In this document: positions 1 to 9,125 of the stretch, piece by piece | How the letters are laid out: each line of letters begins with the position of its first letter | Position numbering within the stretch: the first letter of the stretch is position 1 | Origin: Candidatus Saccharicenans subterraneus | GTDB lineage: Bacteria > Acidobacteriota > Aminicenantia > Aminicenantales > Saccharicenantaceae | Direction of reading: 5' to 3' | DNA length: 64,000 bases | Assembly: GCA_003426165.1 (NCBI GenBank) | Contig: QUAH01000006.1 | Coordinates: 134,685 to 198,684, forward strand | Position numbers and translations under genes: made by a program | Notes under the pieces: generated by a model | Told to the model about the DNA's origin: nothing | Database searches by the model: none | Seen by the model: only the letters and a program-made list of their open reading frames with translations

Positions 1-14
1 TAGCAGGAGGAGTC

Positions 15-2756
15 ATGACCGGAAAAAGACCATTCCCGAAAGCGTTTTTATTCTGCCTGGGGCTGGTACTGGTCCTGTTTATTGCGGGACCGCTTCCAGC
101 CCAGGAAAAAACGAAGGCTACCCAGCCCTGGGCGGTGGATGATGTGATCAACCAGGAGCGGGCCTCAGATTTTCAGATCTCACCCGACGGCACCAGGGTG
201 GTCTGGGTCAAGAACGTTCCCGACAGGGAAAAAGACGGGCGGATTTCTCACCTCTTTCTTAACTATCTCGACCGGGAACAACCGGCCATCCAGCTAACCA
301 GGGGAGCCTCTTCCGAATCCAGGCCCAGATGGTCGCCCGACGGGCAGAGGATTGCCTTCCTGAGCAGCCGGACCGAGCCCTCGACCGGGACGGCGAAAGA
401 AGACGAGAGCAAGGGGCAGCAGCTGTGGCTGCTCGACCTGAGGGGCGGGGAACCATGGAAAGTAACCAGCCTGGAATTCGGGGTCATTGGCTACGACTGG
501 CTCGATAACGACCATTTCCTGATACTGGCCAGGGAGCCGAAAACACTGCGGGAAATAAAAGAGAAAGAAAAGAAAGATGATTCCATAGTCTATGAAGACC
601 AGGAGCATATGATTCCACATCGTCTATTCATGTATTGCCTCAAGGAAAAGACCTGGCACCGCCTGACCGAAAACAACGACCAGATAACCAGTTTTGCCCT
701 CTCCCCGGACAAGAAACTGGTCGTAACCAGGAATAACCAGAGCCTGAGCTATGAAGTGGACAAGAGGGTCAAGCCAAAATATTTCCTGGTAAACCTCCAG
801 GACAGGTCCAGCCGGGAAATTTTTCCCGACCCCCACTTCAAACCAACCGGCATTTACTGGGACCCCAACAACCAGGGCTTTTACTTCACGGTGATGAAAA
901 CCGTGGACCCGGTTAACGAAACCACCGGAGCTGAATTCCTCTACTACTATGACCTGAAAAGTGCGACGCACCGTGAAATCGACCTCGACTGGGATTGGGG
1001 TCTGATGGGAATGGGTCTGGAGGTCAGGGATGACGGTTTCATCGCCTTCCTGGCCAGCGGCGCGGTCCCCAGGTGGCGCCGCTACTACCGCCAGGGAGAA
1101 AATTTCACCCATAAAGAACTTGAAGGCAACCACTATCCGCACCTTTTCAACCTGACCCTCCAGGAAAAGGGCAACCGGCTGGTCTATGCCCACACCACTG
1201 CTTCCAGGACGCCTCAGTGGTTTGCCGGCCTGCTGGAAGATAACAGGATAATTAACGAAAAGCAGCTGACCGAACTCAACGGGCACCTGCAGAATAAAAA
1301 GATGGCCCGAACCGAAGTGATTAAATGGAAGGGGGCCCTGGATGACGAGATAGAAGGAATCCTCTATTATCCCCATGACTACCAGCCCGGCCGGAAGTAT
1401 CCCCTGTTCCTGAACATCCACGGCGGCCCCATGGGCATAGATATGGATGCCTTCGAAGAGTCATACGCTTACTATCCGAATATTCTGGCCCAGAAAGGCT
1501 GCTTTGTCCTGATGCCCAACTACCACGGCTCGATGGGTTACGGCCAGAAATTTGCAGAATCCATTCGCGGGCATTACTACGAATATGAACTCGAAGACAT
1601 GCTAAAGGGAATCGACCACCTGGTGGCCAAGGGACTGGTGGACCCGGACCGGTTAGGGACCATGGGCTGGTCCAACGGCGGCATCCTGAGCATCGGCCTG
1701 GCCGTCTGGACCGACCGCTTCAAGGTGGCCGGCATCGGGGCAGCCGACGTCAACTGGATCAGCGACTACGGAACCTGCGCCTTCGGGGTTAGCTTTGATA
1801 ACTATTACCTGCTCGGGCCGCCCTGGGAAAGGCCCGATTACTACATCAAGAAGTCCCCGCTGTTCCATTTCAAGGACATGAAGGTTCCGACCATCATCTT
1901 CCACGGGACCGAAGACACCAGCGTTCCGTTTGGACAGGGTATGGAGCACTACCGGGCTCTAAAAGAAATCGGCCAGGCCCCGGTACGCTTCATAATTTTT
2001 CCCGGCGAACCTCATGGTTTACGCAAGCTGAGCCATCAGCGGCGCAAGATGGAGGAAGAACTGGCCTGGTTTGATAAGCATTTCTTCAAGACCTTTCGTC
2101 CTGAAAATGAAGCCCTGAAGGAGGGCTCCCCTCTCGACCTGGCCCTAAAGGCTCAGAACTTCAGCCGGAGCGGCCGATCCTTCGGCCTGCTGGTCAAGGG
2201 CAAATTGATACCGGAAACGGTCAAATGGCAGGACCTGGAAGTCGGCCGCTTCGAGGTAACCAGGGCCCAGTGGAAAGCCTTCGACCCCGGCTATCAGTTC
2301 GAGCCGGGCACTGAGAATTACCCGGTCTCCGGAATTACCTTTGACCAGGCCCAGAAATATGTCCGCTGGCTGAGCCAGCTAACCGGAGAAAATTACCGCC
2401 TGCCCGGCGAGCAGGAAGCCCGGAGCTTGCTGGCCAGGGCCCAGGCTGAAGATAACACGCTGGACTACTGGGCAGGTTACCCGGTTAATTTTGACGACGC
2501 CCGACTGCTGGGGCAGGTCATTTCCAATCTTAAGGGGAAGGCTCCCCTGCTGCTTCCTGTCGATCGTTTTTCGCCGGCCACCGAAAGCCTGATATTCGGC
2601 CTGGGTGGCAGTGTGGCCGAGTGGACCGTGGATGCCAGTGGAAAGGGAAAGGCTCTTGGCCTGAGTGCCCTTCACCGTTCCAAGGCCACGGAAGCCTATG
2701 CCCCGCCGCCGGCCGAGTATATCGGCCTGCGGGTCTTCAAACAGGCTAAAAAATAA
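15..2756 (+). CDS. Secreted S9-family serine peptidase (N-terminal beta-propeller plus alpha/beta-hydrolase catalytic domain) fused to a C-terminal FGE/SUMF1-like domain that contains no cysteine
   Basis: AGGAGG RBS 5 nt upstream of ATG. N-terminal hydrophobic signal-like segment. GGPMG and GWSNGG nucleophile-elbow motifs and a PGEPHGL His region typical of prolyl oligopeptidase/DPP family. The C-terminal roughly 220 aa carry FGE-family sequence patterns (YRLPGEQEA..., GGSVAEWTVD) but no Cys. Confidence 0.72.
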   Translation: MTGKRPFPKAFLFCLGLVLVLFIAGPLPAQEKTKATQPWAVDDVINQERASDFQISPDGTRVVWVKNVPDREKDGRISHLFLNYLDREQPAIQLTRGASSESRPRWSPDGQRIAFLSSRTEPSTGTAKEDESKGQQLWLLDLRGGEPWKVTSLEFGVIGYDWLDNDHFLILAREPKTLREIKEKEKKDDSIVYEDQEHMIPHRLFMYCLKEKTWHRLTENNDQITSFALSPDKKLVVTRNNQSLSYEVDKRVKPKYFLVNLQDRSSREIFPDPHFKPTGIYWDPNNQGFYFTVMKTVDPVNETTGAEFLYYYDLKSATHREIDLDWDWGLMGMGLEVRDDGFIAFLASGAVPRWRRYYRQGENFTHKELEGNHYPHLFNLTLQEKGNRLVYAHTTASRTPQWFAGLLEDNRIINEKQLTELNGHLQNKKMARTEVIKWKGALDDEIEGILYYPHDYQPGRKYPLFLNIHGGPMGIDMDAFEESYAYYPNILAQKGCFVLMPNYHGSMGYGQKFAESIRGHYYEYELEDMLKGIDHLVAKGLVDPDRLGTMGWSNGGILSIGLAVWTDRFKVAGIGAADVNWISDYGTCAFGVSFDNYYLLGPPWERPDYYIKKSPLFHFKDMKVPTIIFHGTEDTSVPFGQGMEHYRALKEIGQAPVRFIIFPGEPHGLRKLSHQRRKMEEELAWFDKHFFKTFRPENEALKEGSPLDLALKAQNFSRSGRSFGLLVKGKLIPETVKWQDLEVGRFEVTRAQWKAFDPGYQFEPGTENYPVSGITFDQAQKYVRWLSQLTGENYRLPGEQEARSLLARAQAEDNTLDYWAGYPVNFDDARLLGQVISNLKGKAPLLLPVDRFSPATESLIFGLGGSVAEWTVDASGKGKALGLSALHRSKATEAYAPPPAEYIGLRVFKQAKK

Positions 2757-2767
2757 GTAAAATACCC

Positions 2768-4222
2768 TTGATGAAGAAACTTAAGGCCGATTTCCGCCAC
2801 CGACGGCTGTTCGTTCAGCTGTTCGGTCCCGACGTTTACGCCGTTGGCGGTTTTGTCCGGGACAGGCTCCGGGGGGTCCCGACCGAGGAAGTCGACCTCC
2901 TGGTCCAGGGCCATCCCCTGGAGGAAATAGTTCAGAAATTACAACCCAACGGCAAGGTGGACCTGGTCGGGAAGAGCTTCGGGGTCATCAAGTTCACGGC
3001 GGACGGCCACACTTACGATATCGCCCTGCCCCGCAGCGATGAACCCCGCCAGGCCGCCGGGGGACAGCAACGCGGCCACAAGGATTTTATAATCCGGGCT
3101 GACCCTTACCTGCCCCTGGAAAAAGACCTGGAACGAAGGGATTTCCGCTGCAACAGCCTGGCCCTGCGGTTGTCAGACGGAACCCTGATTGACCCTTTCC
3201 GGGGCGCGGAAGACATCAAGAACCGGATAATCAGGCTGACCAATCCCGGCGCTTTTCCCGACGACCCGCTGCGGGTCCTGCGGGCAGCCAGGTTTGCCTC
3301 GGTCCTGGAATTTTCCATAGACCCGGAGATCTACCTGGTGGCCAGGGAAATCGACCTCAAGGGCCTGAGCGTGGAAAGGGTGAACGAAGAGCTGTTCAAG
3401 ATACTATTGCTGTCGCGGCGCCCGTCCCGTGGCCTTCAGGAAATGCACCGCCTTGGCGTCCTGCGCCAGCTCTTCCCCGAGCTCTATCGCCTGACCCTGT
3501 CCATCCAGGATTCGATCTTTCATCCAGAAAAGGACGAGTTCGGGCATCATACGGTCTGGGCTCACACCCTGCTTTCGGTCGACCAGGCCCGGGCCATCGC
3601 CGAAATAACCGGGCTGGAGGTTACCCGGAAACTGGCCCTGTTGCTGGCCGCCCTGTTTCACGATACCGGCAAGCCGGCCACCGCCTCCTGGGAATACAAA
3701 AAGGGCCGCCTGGTGATAACCAACAACGGGCACGACCTGCTGAGCGAAAAAATTGCCAGGAAGGTCTTCAACCGGCAAAAAATATTCTCCTGGAACGGCT
3801 ATAACCTGAGGCAGGTGGTGCCCATGCTGATCCGGCACCACCACCGCGTGTCCGAGCTGTGGCTCAACCGAAAGCTGGTTACCAGGAAGGCTTTTAACCG
3901 GCTGGCCGCGGATATAAAAGGAGAAATCGAACTCCTGGTCTACCTGGACGCTGCCGACCGGGCCGGGCGCCGGACCAGGATGCTTACCGGCCTCGATCGC
4001 CAGGCCCAGTGGCTGCTCAAAAAATTCGAGGAACTAAGGGTCAACCGGGAAACCATCAAGCCACTGATCATGGGTCGGGACCTGATCAGGCTCGGGGTGC
4101 CTCCCGGCCCCGGAATGGGGCAACTTTTGAAGAAAATATACCGCCTTCAGCTCGACAACCACTTTGAAACCAGGGCCCAGGGGCTGAAGCTGGCCAGAAA
4201 ATTAGTTCAGGAGAAAAGATAG
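2768..4222 (+). CDS. cca: CCA-adding tRNA nucleotidyltransferase / poly(A) polymerase family with C-terminal HD domain
   Basis: GGFVRDRLRG head-domain motif. DxD-type polymerase beta fold region. HD motif LFHDTGK further along. Length of 484 aa fits bacterial class II CCA enzymes. Confidence 0.8.
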   Translation: MMKKLKADFRHRRLFVQLFGPDVYAVGGFVRDRLRGVPTEEVDLLVQGHPLEEIVQKLQPNGKVDLVGKSFGVIKFTADGHTYDIALPRSDEPRQAAGGQQRGHKDFIIRADPYLPLEKDLERRDFRCNSLALRLSDGTLIDPFRGAEDIKNRIIRLTNPGAFPDDPLRVLRAARFASVLEFSIDPEIYLVAREIDLKGLSVERVNEELFKILLLSRRPSRGLQEMHRLGVLRQLFPELYRLTLSIQDSIFHPEKDEFGHHTVWAHTLLSVDQARAIAEITGLEVTRKLALLLAALFHDTGKPATASWEYKKGRLVITNNGHDLLSEKIARKVFNRQKIFSWNGYNLRQVVPMLIRHHHRVSELWLNRKLVTRKAFNRLAADIKGEIELLVYLDAADRAGRRTRMLTGLDRQAQWLLKKFEELRVNRETIKPLIMGRDLIRLGVPPGPGMGQLLKKIYRLQLDNHFETRAQGLKLARKLVQEKR

Positions 4223-5190
4223 TGGCCATTCTGGTGACTGGAGGAGCCGGCTACATAGGTTCCCATACCGTCAAGGAACTGCTCAAAAGGAAATACGAGG
4301 TTATTGTGTTCGACAACCTCAGCACCGGCCACCGGGAGCTGGTCCCTGGCGGCCATCTGGTCGAGGCCGATCTCAGGTCGCTCGAAGAAGTGAGAGATGT
4401 TTTTCGCCGCTACCCGGTTGAAGCGGTCATGCATTTTGCCGCCCTGATGCAGGTCGGAGAATCGTACGCCGACCCCCAGAAATATTATGTGCACAACCTG
4501 GTTTCCAGCCTGAACCTGCTTCAGGCCATGCTGGAAGCTGAAGTAAAGTATTTTATTTTTTCTTCCAGCGCCGCCGTCTACGGGCAACCGCTTGAGATTC
4601 CGATCAGAGAGGGCCATCCGCTTCAGCCCATCAACCCCTACGGGGCCAGCAAGTTCATGGTGGAAAGGATGCTACCCGATTACGACCGGGCCTACGGGCT
4701 AAGGTACGTATCGCTGCGATACTTTAACGCCGCCGGGGCCGACCCCGAGGGTCAACTGGGCGAGTGGCACGACCCCGAAACCCACCTGATCCCGAACATC
4801 CTACTCCATCTGCTCGGCCGGAACCCGGGCTTCCAGGTTTTTGGTCAGGACTTCCCCACCGCTGACGGCACCGCCATCAGGGACTATATCCATGTCACCG
4901 ACCTGGCCAGGGCCCATGTCCTGGCCCTGGAAAAGTTAAAGGCGGGAGAACCGAGCCAGGTGGTTAACCTGGGGTCTTCACGTGGTTACTCGGTGCTGGA
5001 AGTGATACGGGCCGCAGAAAAGGTAACGGGAAAAAGGGTCAGCCTGAAATTCGGCCCGAGGCGTCCGGGTGATGTTCCGGTGCTGCTGGCTTCCAGCGAG
5101 AAAGCCGAAACCCTGCTGGGCTGGAAGCGGGAATTTTCCGACCTGGAGTTTATCATCGAGACCGCCTGGAAGTGGCACCTGACCCACTGA
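4222..5190 (+). CDS. galE: UDP-glucose 4-epimerase (NAD-dependent epimerase/dehydratase)
   Basis: ILVTGGAGYIGSH Rossmann motif followed by YGASK (YxxxK active site). GTG start overlaps the cca stop by 1 nt, with RBS CAGGAGAAAAG upstream. Confidence 0.85.
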   Translation: MAILVTGGAGYIGSHTVKELLKRKYEVIVFDNLSTGHRELVPGGHLVEADLRSLEEVRDVFRRYPVEAVMHFAALMQVGESYADPQKYYVHNLVSSLNLLQAMLEAEVKYFIFSSSAAVYGQPLEIPIREGHPLQPINPYGASKFMVERMLPDYDRAYGLRYVSLRYFNAAGADPEGQLGEWHDPETHLIPNILLHLLGRNPGFQVFGQDFPTADGTAIRDYIHVTDLARAHVLALEKLKAGEPSQVVNLGSSRGYSVLEVIRAAEKVTGKRVSLKFGPRRPGDVPVLLASSEKAETLLGWKREFSDLEFIIETAWKWHLTH

Positions 5191-5268
5191 GGCTTGAAAG
5201 TCAACCCCGGTTCTGGTGATTGATTAATTAAAGCCTTGATGTTATAAACATAGAACTGGAGTTATAAG

Positions 5269-6906
5269 ATGCGTCATCGTTTTTATTTTATGCTGGTAGG
5301 GACGCTGGCCGTCCTGCTGGCCTTTAATCTTTCCTGCTCCCCCACACCCAAAAAGACAACCGTGCCCAAGGCCTCCGAGCGCATCCGGGTGGAAGAGAAC
5401 AACCCGGCTCCCGAAGCGGCCCAACCCCAGGCGGCCGCAAGCTCGGGCGAAACCAACCAGGCGGCGGCTGAATCTCCTAAAACCGAACCGGAAATTCAGG
5501 ACAGCCCGGCCCAGACCGAAGAGGTCTATTCCCTAATCCAGGAAGCCCAGGTTGCCCTGGAAAAGGGCGAACTGGACAGGGCTCTGAACCTCCTGGACCA
5601 GGCCTACTCGGTGTTGCTGAGAATCGAAGCTCCGCCCGATTCCGACCTTTACCAGGAAAAGAATGACCTGAGAATCATGCTGGTTCAGAAAATCCAGCAG
5701 GTTTACGCCTTCCGGCTGCCCGCGCCCATCAGCAACCACAAGACCATTCCCCTGGTCGAAAACAACTGGGTGGAGCGTGAAATCAAGGGCTTCCAGACCG
5801 TGGAAAAGAAATTTTTCGAAGAAGCTTACCGGAGAGCCGGGCTGTACCGTCCGATGATCATGGAAGAGCTAAAGAAGGCCGGCCTGCCCGAGGAGCTGTC
5901 CTGGCTTCCCCTGATCGAAAGCGGCTACAAGCCCCGGGCTCTGTCCCGGGCCAGGGCTCTTGGTCTCTGGCAATTCATAGCCTCGACCGGTTACCGCTAC
6001 GGCCTTAAAAGGGACAAGTTCATTGATGAAAGGATGGACCCGGTCAAGTCAACCCGGGCCGCGATCAGGTACCTGCAAGAGCTTCATGACTTTTTCGGCG
6101 ACTGGAGCACGGCCATTGCTGCCTACAACTGCGGGGAAATCCGGGTTCAGAATGTCATCCGGGCCCAGAAAATCGATTACCTCGATAATTTCTGGGACCT
6201 GTTCGCCAACCTGCCCTACGAAACGGCCAGGTACGTGCCAAGATTTATCGCCACCCTGCTGATTATTGAAAATCCAGAAAAATACGGCTTCAGCCTGCCC
6301 CAGCCCGAGCCGGCCCTGGCCTATGAAACTGTCATCATTCAAAAACCCACCCGGCTATCCCAACTCGCTTCCCGGCTTGGCCTGAACCAGGACCTCCTGG
6401 TCCAGCTCAATCCAGAATTGCGGCATGATTCCACCCCGAACTACGAGTATGAACTGCGGGTGCCGCCCGGGTATGCCGAACAGACCGCTGCCTGCCTGGC
6501 CGAACTGCCCAGCTGGATCCCACCGGAAGCGGTCTTCGGCTGGCATACCGTCAGGCCGGGTGAAACCCTGGGGTTAATCGCCAGGCGCTACCGGACCACC
6601 GTTCAGGCCATCGTCCGCCTGAACAACCTGAAGAGTGCCCGGTTAATATACCCCGGGCAAAGGCTTAAAATCCCGGGCCGGGCCCAGGGCCTGACTCCGG
6701 CCGAGGATGACGGCGGAACGGCACCGGCCAGCCAGGTCCAGGGGCCAGCCGGAAATGAGAACCTCACCTACGTGGTCAAGGCAGGCGATACGCTCTACCA
6801 GCTATCCAGGAGCTTTGGCATAAGCGTGGATAAAATAAAAAAAGATAATAACCTGAGCAGCGACGTCCTGGTTCCCGGGCAGAAACTGGTCATCAAGACC
6901 AACTAG
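5269..6906 (+). CDS. mltD: Membrane-bound lytic murein transglycosylase D-like lipoprotein with SLT domain and two C-terminal LysM repeats
   Basis: Lipoprotein-like N-terminus (LAFNLSC). SLT catalytic region ESGYKP...LGLWQF. Two LysM-like repeats (HTVRPGETLGLIARRY..., YVVKAGDTLYQLSRSFGISV...). Confidence 0.78.
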   Translation: MRHRFYFMLVGTLAVLLAFNLSCSPTPKKTTVPKASERIRVEENNPAPEAAQPQAAASSGETNQAAAESPKTEPEIQDSPAQTEEVYSLIQEAQVALEKGELDRALNLLDQAYSVLLRIEAPPDSDLYQEKNDLRIMLVQKIQQVYAFRLPAPISNHKTIPLVENNWVEREIKGFQTVEKKFFEEAYRRAGLYRPMIMEELKKAGLPEELSWLPLIESGYKPRALSRARALGLWQFIASTGYRYGLKRDKFIDERMDPVKSTRAAIRYLQELHDFFGDWSTAIAAYNCGEIRVQNVIRAQKIDYLDNFWDLFANLPYETARYVPRFIATLLIIENPEKYGFSLPQPEPALAYETVIIQKPTRLSQLASRLGLNQDLLVQLNPELRHDSTPNYEYELRVPPGYAEQTAACLAELPSWIPPEAVFGWHTVRPGETLGLIARRYRTTVQAIVRLNNLKSARLIYPGQRLKIPGRAQGLTPAEDDGGTAPASQVQGPAGNENLTYVVKAGDTLYQLSRSFGISVDKIKKDNNLSSDVLVPGQKLVIKTN

Positions 6907-6945
6907 AAGAAGTACTGACTTAATAACATAACAGGAGGGGTAAGG

Positions 6946-7866
6946 ATGACCTCTTCCAGGCAAAAAATCCTGGTCGGCCTGGCCATAAGTCTGGTGGCCC
7001 TGACCTGTCTCCACCTGCAGGCCGAAGACAAAGTGGCCCAGCTGGAAAAAAGGTTGCGTGACCAGCTGGCCGCCACCAGGGATTCACTGGACGGAGTGCT
7101 CGGGCTGGCGGTCAGAGACCTGTCGTCGGGCCAGAGTCTTTTCATCAATGAAAATGAAATTTTCCCCCAGGCCAGCTCCATCAAGATCGCCATCCTGCTC
7201 GAGGTGCTGAAACAGGCTGAAGAGAACCGCCTCAAGCTCGAAGAATTCGTGGACCTGAAACCGGAAAGCAAGGTAGGCGGCGGCCCCATTCTTAATTATC
7301 TCGGCTACCCGTCGCTTAAAATTTCAATCCGCGACCTCTGCGTTCTGATGGTCGTTCTTTCTGACAACACTGCCACCAACCTGCTCATCGACCGGGTGGG
7401 AATGGAAACGGTCAACGATCGCCTGACCTCCCTGGGCTTGAAGCAGACCCAGCTAAGGAGGAAAATGATGGACCTCAGGGCAGCCGAGGAGGGCCGGGAA
7501 AACATCTCCACTCCCAGGGAAATGTTGACCCTGCTGGATCGGGTCTGGCAGGGAAAGGTCCTGGGACCTGAACACCGGCAGCTATTCTTTGATTTGCTTT
7601 CTCTGCCCAAGGACAGCCCGCTGCAACAGGCGGTGCCCGAAGGAATCACCGTGGCCGATAAACCGGGCGAACTGGAGGCCGTGCGCTGTGATTCCGGCCT
7701 GGTCTTCCTGAAAAAACGGCCCTATATCATCTGCGTCATGACCACTTACCTGGCTCCCACGGAAGATGGCAATGCCGTAATCAGAAAAATCGGGCGGCAG
7801 GTTTACAACCACTTTGACCGGTTAGAAAGGTCGAGCGAGTACGGGCGGATAATCTCGGAAAGATAA
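6946..7866 (+). CDS. Class A beta-lactamase family serine hydrolase, secreted
   Basis: Signal peptide. SxxK motif (ASSIK). SDN loop (LSDNTATNLL, very TEM-like). Third box is KPG instead of KTG/KSG. AGGAGG RBS. Confidence 0.7.
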   Translation: MTSSRQKILVGLAISLVALTCLHLQAEDKVAQLEKRLRDQLAATRDSLDGVLGLAVRDLSSGQSLFINENEIFPQASSIKIAILLEVLKQAEENRLKLEEFVDLKPESKVGGGPILNYLGYPSLKISIRDLCVLMVVLSDNTATNLLIDRVGMETVNDRLTSLGLKQTQLRRKMMDLRAAEEGRENISTPREMLTLLDRVWQGKVLGPEHRQLFFDLLSLPKDSPLQQAVPEGITVADKPGELEAVRCDSGLVFLKKRPYIICVMTTYLAPTEDGNAVIRKIGRQVYNHFDRLERSSEYGRIISER

Positions 7867-7875
7867 GCTTAGGCC

Positions 7876-9015
7876 CTACCACTCAGGGATAACCGGTTCC
7901 ACTCCCAGGCCAGGCTTATCGGTCAGCAGCCAGCGGTCGCCTTCCAGGGTCAATCCCCGGAACGGGTCGTTGTTTATCAGTATATTTCCGTCAAGGTCGG
8001 CATAATCAAAGAGCGGGGTCAGGGTGGTCGCGGCGGCGATGGCCAGGCTGCTCTCAATCATGCAGCCGATCATCAGCTTCAACCCGTGGGCCCGGGCCAC
8101 GGCCACCAGCCGCAGGGCCTCCTGCAGCCCGCCGCATTTCATCAACTTGATGTTGATGCCGTGGAAAGCTGAGGCCAGGGCCGGGACGTCCTGAATCTTG
8201 TGAACGCTCTCGTCGGCCATGATGGGAATCTTCACCCTCTCCTTGAGCCAGCGAAGGTCTTCCAGGTTATCAGCCGGCATCGGCTGTTCCACGAACTCCA
8301 CTCCGCGCTCGGCCATCCAGTTGATCATCTCCAGAGCCTGCTGGCGATCCTTCCAGCCCTCGTTGGCATCGACAACGAGCGGCCGGTCGGTCACCTCCCT
8401 GATGCCTTCAATATGCTTCTTATCATCGGGTACCCCGGCCTTGATTTTGAGCCGGCGGAAAGCCGGAACGGACTGGGCGGTCTTCTGCATGACCTCAGCC
8501 GTATCAATGCCAATGGAAAAGGTCGTGGGCAGGGTATTATTGCGGTCCAGGCCGAAAAACCTGTAAAGCGGTATCCCCAGGCTCTTGGCCACCCAGTCCA
8601 TGATGGCCATGTCCAGGGCAGCCTTGGCCGCGTTCTGTCCCGGAGCCAAGGCCTCCAGCTCCCGCCAGCGGTCCTGGTACTCCCAGAGGTCTCTTTCCAG
8701 AACCGGCAGGGCCCGCTGAATAAATTCCTGGTTGCTCTCGGCGCTTTCGTTGTACCTGGGGATGGGAGCCGACTCTCCGTAAGCCACCACCCCATCCTTC
8801 TCCAGCCTGACCAGGACATTCCTGCGGGTATTCCAGGTGCCACGGGACAGGGTCCAGGCCTGCCGCAGCTGAAGTTCATAGATGGTGGTGCTGAGCCTGA
8901 GGGCACTCCTTCTGGTCTCGACCTCTTTCTCCTTCTTAACCTTACCCTGGCAGCTTCCAATCATAGAAGAAGCTATTATCAAGCCGCTGGTCTTTAAGAA
9001 CTCTTTTCTTTTCAT
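7876..9015 (-). CDS. L-Ala-D/L-Glu (dipeptide) epimerase, enolase superfamily, with N-terminal Tat-like/lipoprotein export signal
   Basis: Mandelate racemase / muconate-lactonizing enzyme family capping and barrel regions (GESAP..., KIKAG, DANEGW, MADES). The 35-aa N-terminal extension MKRKEFLKTSGLIIASSMIGSC resembles a Tat motif followed by a lipobox Cys. Strong GGAGG RBS supports this start. Confidence 0.68.
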   Translation of the reverse strand: MKRKEFLKTSGLIIASSMIGSCQGKVKKEKEVETRRSALRLSTTIYELQLRQAWTLSRGTWNTRRNVLVRLEKDGVVAYGESAPIPRYNESAESNQEFIQRALPVLERDLWEYQDRWRELEALAPGQNAAKAALDMAIMDWVAKSLGIPLYRFFGLDRNNTLPTTFSIGIDTAEVMQKTAQSVPAFRRLKIKAGVPDDKKHIEGIREVTDRPLVVDANEGWKDRQQALEMINWMAERGVEFVEQPMPADNLEDLRWLKERVKIPIMADESVHKIQDVPALASAFHGINIKLMKCGGLQEALRLVAVARAHGLKLMIGCMIESSLAIAAATTLTPLFDYADLDGNILINNDPFRGLTLEGDRWLLTDKPGLGVEPVIPEW

Positions 9016-9125
9016 AACCTCCTCCCATTAATTCCAATATCTTAAACCAAAAGCAGCCCGGCAACAAAAGATTTTTTTTGAGGGCCAATAATATTATAAT
9101 GGCCTCAAAGGAGGTCAGACCGGAT

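Noticed and set aside
8200-8997. 265-aa plus-strand ORF (and a nested 189-aa minus-strand ORF at 8391-8960) overlapping the epimerase gene
   Set aside because: Both overlap the well-supported enolase-superfamily CDS. The translations are Pro/Gly/Arg-rich with no motifs. Treated as a GC-driven spurious ORF.
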